Assembly: GCA_025774935.1 (NCBI GenBank)
Contig: JALGZK010000008.1
Coordinates: forward strand, 17,576 to 81,575
DNA from: a bacterium
GTDB lineage: Bacteria; Joyebacterota; Joyebacteria; Joyebacterales; Joyebacteraceae
Reading direction: 5' to 3'
Length of the DNA stretch: 64,000 nucleotides
Part shown: positions 58,924 through 64,000 of the stretch, in pieces
Layout of the letters: each line of letters begins with the position of its first letter
Position numbering within the stretch: position 1 is the first letter of the stretch
The notes under the pieces: model-generated
Databases searched by the model: none
Seen by the model: only the letters and a program-made list of their open reading frames with translations
What the model was told of the DNA's origin: nothing
Made by a program: the position numbers and the translations under genes

Positions 58924-60165
58924 TCACTTGTGCTGCGTTGAGCGATCCGCGCTACCGCCGCCCCCGGCTACCCGGGCATCCGCCCCGGCAGACTCGAGGT
59001 ACAGCGCGGCGATGAGGTCCGTGAGAAGGGGAACGAAGTCACGGACGCCCCGGAGCTTCTTCAGGTTCCGCACACGAAACGTGTCAACAACGGTCTCCCA
59101 GAATGTCGGAATCGCGAGCCACGCCTCTGAGAGGACCGCCGCTACATCGTGGACGGGAATACCAAAAACCCTCAGCGGTGACAAGAGTTTTGTTACTCCA
59201 TGTGTCATGTCCGCCGGAGAGGTCGTTCGCACCCAGAGCGCACTTGCCATCATGAGCAAGAGTATCCTCGTGGCATAGAGCGCTCCCGTGAGGATCCCTT
59301 CCCGCGTGATCCGGACAGCACCAATTCTGACAATCACCTCCGCGCCGTCGTTGAAGAGGACCGGCAGGAGAAACGCGACCGCGAGCAGGAAGAGGTACCG
59401 CCTCATCCTTGACAGTAAGTACACGGGGGACGCGCCGGAGACGGCACCCAGGGCGAGGAGTGCGATGAGGATCCCGATGTAGAGGCGGGTCTCCGTGAAG
59501 ACGAGGACCACGATCGCGAGGACGACGATAGCGGCGACCTTGACGACGGACGGCGTGCGGTGCAGGACGGACTCGCCCGGCGCGTAGTCCCTCGGGGAGA
59601 AGGACCCGATGTCTCCGGTCGCGTGGACCGTCCCCGCCTCCTCCGCGTGGGCGTCCCGGATCCGAAGGCAGACGTTACCCGCGACGATGCCGGTCACCCA
59701 GCCCGTGACGACGGCGCCGATCACGAGCCACGGGTAGAAGATGAAGATGCCCGGATGTCTCACGAGAAGGATGTAGGCCAGGAGGAGCTGGACGGTGTTG
59801 TGGGCGATCGCCCCGACGACGCTCACGCTCACGATCGACAGCCGGGTCCGGGGAAGGGAGAGGACGACCCAGTAGACCGCGCCCATCACGAGTGTGCTCG
59901 CGATCCCGGCAGAGAAGCTCAGGATGAACCCGGGCGCCATGAACGTCCCGATGATGAACGAGCTCAGGATGGTCCGGAGGATCGTGATCTGGAGAGCGTA
60001 GCCGAACCCGTACGTGACGAGTGCGATCAACGTGAGCGTGTTGGCGAGACCCAGCCGCAAGCCGGGGATGGGATGCGGGAGAAGCGACTCCGCGATCTGG
60101 AGCACGCACGCCACGGCCACCAGGAGCGCGAGCCTGCGTGTCTTCGTGTCGGTGTGCTGTTCCAT
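58924..60165 (-). CDS. Fusion membrane protein: Gx-transporter (heptaprenyl-diphosphate-synthase-component-I-like) domain + EcfT/CbiQ-like domain
   Basis: 413 aa. The N-terminal half, LLVAVACVLQIAESLLPHPIPGLRLGLANTLTLIAL..., resembles the PF07456-type Gx family. The C-terminal half has EcfT-like helices and an Arg-rich coupling region. This is recognised by eye only. Confidence 0.65.
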   Translation of the reverse strand: MEQHTDTKTRRLALLVAVACVLQIAESLLPHPIPGLRLGLANTLTLIALVTYGFGYALQITILRTILSSFIIGTFMAPGFILSFSAGIASTLVMGAVYWVVLSLPRTRLSIVSVSVVGAIAHNTVQLLLAYILLVRHPGIFIFYPWLVIGAVVTGWVTGIVAGNVCLRIRDAHAEEAGTVHATGDIGSFSPRDYAPGESVLHRTPSVVKVAAIVVLAIVVLVFTETRLYIGILIALLALGAVSGASPVYLLSRMRRYLFLLAVAFLLPVLFNDGAEVIVRIGAVRITREGILTGALYATRILLLMMASALWVRTTSPADMTHGVTKLLSPLRVFGIPVHDVAAVLSEAWLAIPTFWETVVDTFRVRNLKKLRGVRDFVPLLTDLIAALYLESAGADARVAGGGGSADRSTQHK

Positions 60166-60190
60166 CCCACTCCCGCGCCGGGGCCCGTCC

Positions 60191-60643
60191 TCACCGCACG
60201 ATGGCGTCGAGGAACGGGGGTTCCTCCGACTCGATCGTGACCAGGGTCTTGTTGGGAACGCAGGCGATCACCTGCCTGGGACGCCGGATCCACCCGCCGT
60301 TGACGCAGATCTGCTGGGGGCAGTCCGAGGCGAGAACCCGGATCGCGCCCTCTTTGACCTCGAGCCTCACTGATGAGCCCGGCAGCTCGACGACGCGGTC
60401 GACATCGAGACCGATGGTCTCTACGAGAGCCTCGCCCTCGTAGACCTTCGCTACGGCGGGACCGGCGGCCTCCCTGCTCTGGGCCCGTCCGACCCGGATG
60501 ATCGCCGCCGTGGCCAGGACGAGCACCACGGCGATGAGGACCACGTCGGCCACCGAAGGCCGGAAGAACCGGGGATTGTCGAAGGGATCACGCCTCATGG
60601 CGGGAGGGTCCTCGCGGCCCGTGCGGGTCAGTGCCGCTCTCAT
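60191..60643 (-). CDS. NusG domain II-containing membrane-anchored protein
   Basis: 150 aa with one TM helix, followed by VYEGEALVETIGLD...LEVKEGAIRVLASDCPQQICVNGGWI...ACVPNK, typical of the NusG_II family. The start may be the ATG at 60598. Confidence 0.75.
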   Translation of the reverse strand: MRAALTRTGREDPPAMRRDPFDNPRFFRPSVADVVLIAVVLVLATAAIIRVGRAQSREAAGPAVAKVYEGEALVETIGLDVDRVVELPGSSVRLEVKEGAIRVLASDCPQQICVNGGWIRRPRQVIACVPNKTLVTIESEEPPFLDAIVR

Positions 60644-60665
60644 CGGGCCTGAGGCCGCGGGGCCG

Positions 60666-61673
60666 CTACGTCAGCCCGGACGTCGCGAAGCCTCTCTCGA
60701 GCACGAAGTCCGCGAGCCCGAGGAGGCTCACCTTGTACTGCGACTCCGCGAGCACGTCCAGGCTCTTCTTCGCGGACTCCACGTAGGCTATGGCGGTGTC
60801 CTGCGTCTTCCGGGCGGCGCCCGAGGAGAGGAGCTTCTCCCGGATGACCCCGAGCGCATCCTCTCCGGACCGCGAGTCCAAGAGGGCCGCGAGCGCCTGT
60901 CGCTCGTCCTCAGGGACGAACTCCCAGAGAACGAGGATCGGCAGGGTCGCCTCTCCTGCCGCGATGTCCTGCCCGGGCTCCTTCCCCATCCGCACCTCGT
61001 CGCCGATGAGATCGAGGTAGTCGTCGACGATCTGGAATGAGACCCCGAGGCTCAACCCGTAGTCGCCGAGGCCACCGCGGAACTGCTCGTCCTCGCTTCC
61101 GAGCGACGCGCCAACCTGCGCGGACGCGGCGAAGAGCGCGGCCGTCTTCTTTTCGACGATGTGGACGTAGCGCTCCATCGAGAGCTCGAGGTTCTTTCGC
61201 TCCCAGATCTGCAGGAGCTGTCCCTCGCACATCGACTTGGTCGCCGCGCTCATGCAGCGGACAATGCTCGAATCGTCACACCGGGAGATGAGCTCGAACG
61301 CGACGGAGTAAAGGTAGTCGCCGAGCGCGATCGAGACGTCGTCCCCCCACTTCATGTTGATCGTTGGGTTGTGGTGGCGGAGGCGGGCGTTGTCGACGAC
61401 GTCGTCGTGGAGGAGCGACGCCATGTGGATGAGCTCGACGGCGCACGCGAGGTCGACCATGTGCTCGCCGCAGGACGCCGGGCTCGCACCGCCCGACGCC
61501 TTCGCAGAGAGGAGCACGAGCGCCGGCCGGACCCGCTTGCCGCCCGACTCGAGTACGTAGCGTCCGACCTCGCTCATCGATGTGTCGGCGGTGGCAGTCA
61601 GGCACTCGTGGAGAACCGACTCCACCGTGTCGAGGTCCTCGCGCACGGGTGCGTAGATCCGCTCGAGCTCCAT
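60666..61673 (-). CDS. Long-chain trans-polyprenyl diphosphate synthase (IspB/HepT-like)
   Basis: 335 aa with FARM LLHDDVVDNARLR, SARM FQIVDDYLDL and KEPGQDI. Confidence 0.9.
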   Translation of the reverse strand: MELERIYAPVREDLDTVESVLHECLTATADTSMSEVGRYVLESGGKRVRPALVLLSAKASGGASPASCGEHMVDLACAVELIHMASLLHDDVVDNARLRHHNPTINMKWGDDVSIALGDYLYSVAFELISRCDDSSIVRCMSAATKSMCEGQLLQIWERKNLELSMERYVHIVEKKTAALFAASAQVGASLGSEDEQFRGGLGDYGLSLGVSFQIVDDYLDLIGDEVRMGKEPGQDIAAGEATLPILVLWEFVPEDERQALAALLDSRSGEDALGVIREKLLSSGAARKTQDTAIAYVESAKKSLDVLAESQYKVSLLGLADFVLERGFATSGLT

Positions 61674-61694
61674 TCCCTCCCCTTCCGCCCGGGA

Positions 61695-62147
61695 TCAGAA
61701 GTAGTCCAGCGCCTTGATCTTCTTGAGCTGGATCTCGTCGCGCTCTTCCATGCGAACGAGACTGTCGAAGAGATCCTTCACGTCGGGATCGATGTCCTGC
61801 TGCGCCACCTGCTTGTAGATCGAGATCAGGCACTCGTCGAGCTCGATCGCGATGTCGAGCACGTCCTCTGCCGTGGCGTCGGGATCGAGCGTCCGTCCCG
61901 CGAAGCGATCGCACTCCGAGGAGACCGGCTCGTATCGGATGGGGAGCACCGAGATTCGCTTGTACGTGTCGCCGGGGAACCTCGACAGCGCCTGCTGCAG
62001 GCGCCGCCGGTGCCGCGCCATGTAGTCCGTGAGGAGCCTGACTCCCTCGCGGTGCGTCTGCTCCGCGAGGCTCAGGTAGTAGTCCATCAGCAGGCACTCG
62101 AAGTCGGACGCTCGCCTCAGGACGCAGGCAACGGTCGTGACCGACAT
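61695..62147 (-). CDS. Hypothetical helical protein
   Basis: 150-aa ORF with host-like GC3 bias, packed between nqrF and the polyprenyl synthase gene. I recognised no family. Confidence 0.5.
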   Translation of the reverse strand: MSVTTVACVLRRASDFECLLMDYYLSLAEQTHREGVRLLTDYMARHRRRLQQALSRFPGDTYKRISVLPIRYEPVSSECDRFAGRTLDPDATAEDVLDIAIELDECLISIYKQVAQQDIDPDVKDLFDSLVRMEERDEIQLKKIKALDYF

Positions 62148-62158
62148 CAGACCCTCCT

Positions 62159-63253
62159 CTAGAACTCGTCGTAGAAGATGTCTTTGCCCTTGAGACCCTT
62201 GTCATCGAGGACCTTCATCACGGCCTCGATCATCGGAGGAGGTCCGCACAGGAACGCCTGCCGGTTCTCCCCGTTCTTGTCGATGTGCTTGTCGACCGAC
62301 AGGTGGATGAACCCGGTCTCCCCGTCCCACTCCTCGTCCTCGCCCAGGGGGTCGGAGAGCGCGTAGATGACCTTGAAGTTCGGGTGCTTACCAGCGAGCT
62401 CCTTGAACTCGTCGAGGTAGAAGACGTCCTGCGTCGTCCGCGCGCCGAAGAAGAGCCACAGCTTCCTGTCGGGCCAGCGGTCGTAGACGGTGTAGATGAT
62501 GTTCTTCATCGGCGCCATGCCGCAGCCGCCGCCGACGCAGATGATCTCGACCTCCGGGTCCTCGTTCAGTCGGAACTCGCCGTACGGGCCGGTGAAGATC
62601 ACGGGGTCATCGACCGAGAGGTTGTGGCAGTACGTCGAGCCGATGCCGCCCGGGACGAGCCTCACGATGAGCTCGACGTCGTTCATCTCGTACGAGGGCG
62701 AGCTGATCGAGTACGCGCGGTAGACCGGTCCCTCGGGAGAGGGAGCCTGAAGCTGGACGTACTGGCCGGGGCGCTGCTCGATCTCGGCGGGCTCGTTCAG
62801 TCTGAAGTTGACCTCGACGATGTCGTGCGTGAGCGCCTGCGTTCTCGAGACGTTCGCAGAGAACATCTTGACGTTCAGGATCTCTTCCGGGACCTTGATC
62901 CTGATGTCCTCGCGGATCTTCACCTGACACGCGAGGCGCACGCCCTGCCGCACCTGAACGCGCGTGAGGAACGGGGTCTCGGTCGGGAGGACCGGTCCGC
63001 CGCCCGCGAGAACCGTGACCTTACAGTGCCCGCACGACCCTCGCCCACCGCACGCCGAGGGTATGAAGACCTTGACCTCGTTCAGTGCCGACAGCAGCGT
63101 CTGCCCGCCGTCGACCTCGAACTCACGGTCGCCGGCGTTGATGTCGAGCTTGCAGACGCCGTAGTTGATGAGGACGCGCTCCGCCACTGTCAGGGCGATC
63201 GTGAGCCCGACCAGGAGTCCGCCGAAGACGAGTATCGGAAGAAGGAAGACCAT
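62159..63253 (-). CDS. nqrF: Na+-translocating NADH:quinone oxidoreductase subunit F
   Basis: 364 aa with an N-terminal TM helix, a 2Fe-2S ferredoxin motif (CGGRGSCGHCKV...LACQ), an FAD motif (RAYSISS) and an NAD-binding motif (GGGCGMAPM). Confidence 0.9.
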   Translation of the reverse strand: MVFLLPILVFGGLLVGLTIALTVAERVLINYGVCKLDINAGDREFEVDGGQTLLSALNEVKVFIPSACGGRGSCGHCKVTVLAGGGPVLPTETPFLTRVQVRQGVRLACQVKIREDIRIKVPEEILNVKMFSANVSRTQALTHDIVEVNFRLNEPAEIEQRPGQYVQLQAPSPEGPVYRAYSISSPSYEMNDVELIVRLVPGGIGSTYCHNLSVDDPVIFTGPYGEFRLNEDPEVEIICVGGGCGMAPMKNIIYTVYDRWPDRKLWLFFGARTTQDVFYLDEFKELAGKHPNFKVIYALSDPLGEDEEWDGETGFIHLSVDKHIDKNGENRQAFLCGPPPMIEAVMKVLDDKGLKGKDIFYDEF

Positions 63254-63260
63254 CGTTCCC

Positions 63261-63851
63261 CTACTGGATCCTCACCATTCCTGCGAAGCCCATGAAAGCC
63301 ATCGCCATCACGCCCGTGATGATCATCGCGATCGCGACGCCCCGGAACGGAACGGGCACGTCTGAGTAGCGCATCTTCTGCCTGAGCCCCGCGATCAGGA
63401 CGATTGCGAGCGTCCACCCTATTCCGCCGCCGAAGCCGAACGCAATCGACTGCCAGAACGTGTACTCGCGAATGATCATGAAGAGCGAAACACCCAGAAT
63501 CGCGCAGTTCACCGTGATGAGCGGGAGGAAGATGCCGAGAGCGTGGTAGAGCCCGAGGCTGAACCGCTCGACGAACATCTCCACGAACTGTACGAACGCG
63601 GCGATGACCGCGATGAAGACGATGAACGAGAGATACGTGAGCCCGAACGGAACGAGCACGTGGTGGTAGATGCCGTAGTTGATCGCCGTCGTGGCCGTCA
63701 TGACGAAGATGACGGCAGCGCCCAGCCCGGCCGCGGTCTCGATCTGCTTCGAGACGGCGAGAAACGAACACATCCCCAGGAAGTTCGCGAGCAGGATGTT
63801 GTTCGTGAATATGGCCGCGATCAGGATGACGAACGGCGAGAGCTCGCTCAT
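63261..63851 (-). CDS. nqrE: Na+-translocating NADH:quinone oxidoreductase subunit E
   Basis: 196 aa and polytopic, with NqrE/RnfA-type blocks NNILLANFLGMC and ITVNCAILG. It lies adjacent to nqrF. Confidence 0.88.
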   Translation of the reverse strand: MSELSPFVILIAAIFTNNILLANFLGMCSFLAVSKQIETAAGLGAAVIFVMTATTAINYGIYHHVLVPFGLTYLSFIVFIAVIAAFVQFVEMFVERFSLGLYHALGIFLPLITVNCAILGVSLFMIIREYTFWQSIAFGFGGGIGWTLAIVLIAGLRQKMRYSDVPVPFRGVAIAMIITGVMAMAFMGFAGMVRIQ

Positions 63852-64000
63852 GGCTGAGTCCCCTCATCCTCCTCGTTCGCGCCGGAGAGTGCGTTGAAGA
63901 GCGCGATCAGGAACCCGAGAGCGACGAACGCGCCGGGCGCCAGGATCGCGAGCTGGTTCGGAACGTACCACTCGGGCATGACGACGTGCCCGAAGACCGT
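63848..64000 (-). CDS. nqrD: NqrD C-terminal fragment (5' end lies outside the window)
   Basis: The frame is open to the window edge. The translation ends ...LAILAPGAFVALGFLIALFNALSGANEEDEGTQP. The stop TGA overlaps the nqrE ATG (ATGA). Confidence 0.75.
   Translation of the reverse strand, partial: TVFGHVVMPEWYVPNQLAILAPGAFVALGFLIALFNALSGANEEDEGTQP

Noticed and set aside
1-64000. Mobile elements, integrases, CRISPR arrays, toxin-antitoxin or known phage-defence genes
   Set aside because: I scanned the credible ORFs and the intergenic regions. I found no transposase, integrase or Cas motifs, no repeat-spacer arrays, and no terminal inverted repeats. The only compositional anomaly is the 23427-24373 island, which has no coding potential.

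Overview
This is a very high-G+C, strongly GC3-biased bacterial chromosomal segment that is densely coding, with about 55 credible CDS. I recognised no rRNA, tRNA, CRISPR array, IS element or integrase. Many long ORFs in the six-frame track are Arg/Pro/Gly/Asp-rich shadow frames antisense to real genes, and I ignored them.

Layout:
- (i) 1-12.7 kb: housekeeping and envelope genes. These are htpX, a PolX / RtcB / archease repair trio, DUF2207, pmbA-tldD, OsmC, an OMP, cutA and an NCS2 purine permease.
- (ii) 12.9-17.2 kb: a ZraP/Spy-like periplasmic Met/Gly/Cys/His-rich protein behind a near-consensus sigma-54 promoter, next to an NtrC-type response regulator and histidine kinase.
- (iii) 17.3-28 kb, minus strand: the most interesting region. 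Gene order is a TPR-GAF-sigma-54 activator, its own terminator, an ~0.95 kb lower-G+C non-coding island with -24/-12 promoter candidates, a radical SAM/SPASM maturase fused to an isoprenoid-synthase-like domain, three tandem small Cys/Asp-rich ORFs that are not called as separate ORFs in the track, a secreted FG-GAP beta-propeller, and an ABC ATPase plus ABC-2 permease. I read this as a previously uncharacterised ranthipeptide-like RiPP system.
- (iv) 28-37 kb: creatininase, ArsR, rlmN, an Omp85-like barrel, an SppA protease with an odd beta-barrel-like N-terminal extension, and a beta-helix protein.
- (v) 37.6-54.8 kb, plus strand: a 13-gene heterodisulfide-reductase supercluster. It contains an hdrA split around a nuoE/F/G-like cassette, mvhD, sdhBA-like genes, then hdrC-B-A-A-C-B.
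- (vi) 54.8-64 kb, minus strand: nqrDEF, a polyprenyl synthase, NusG_II, a Gx/EcfT fusion, a porin, ApbE and two tandemly duplicated secreted FMN-binding proteins. This resembles a flavin-based extracytosolic electron-transfer locus.

All functional calls come from motif and domain recognition by eye. No database search was run.
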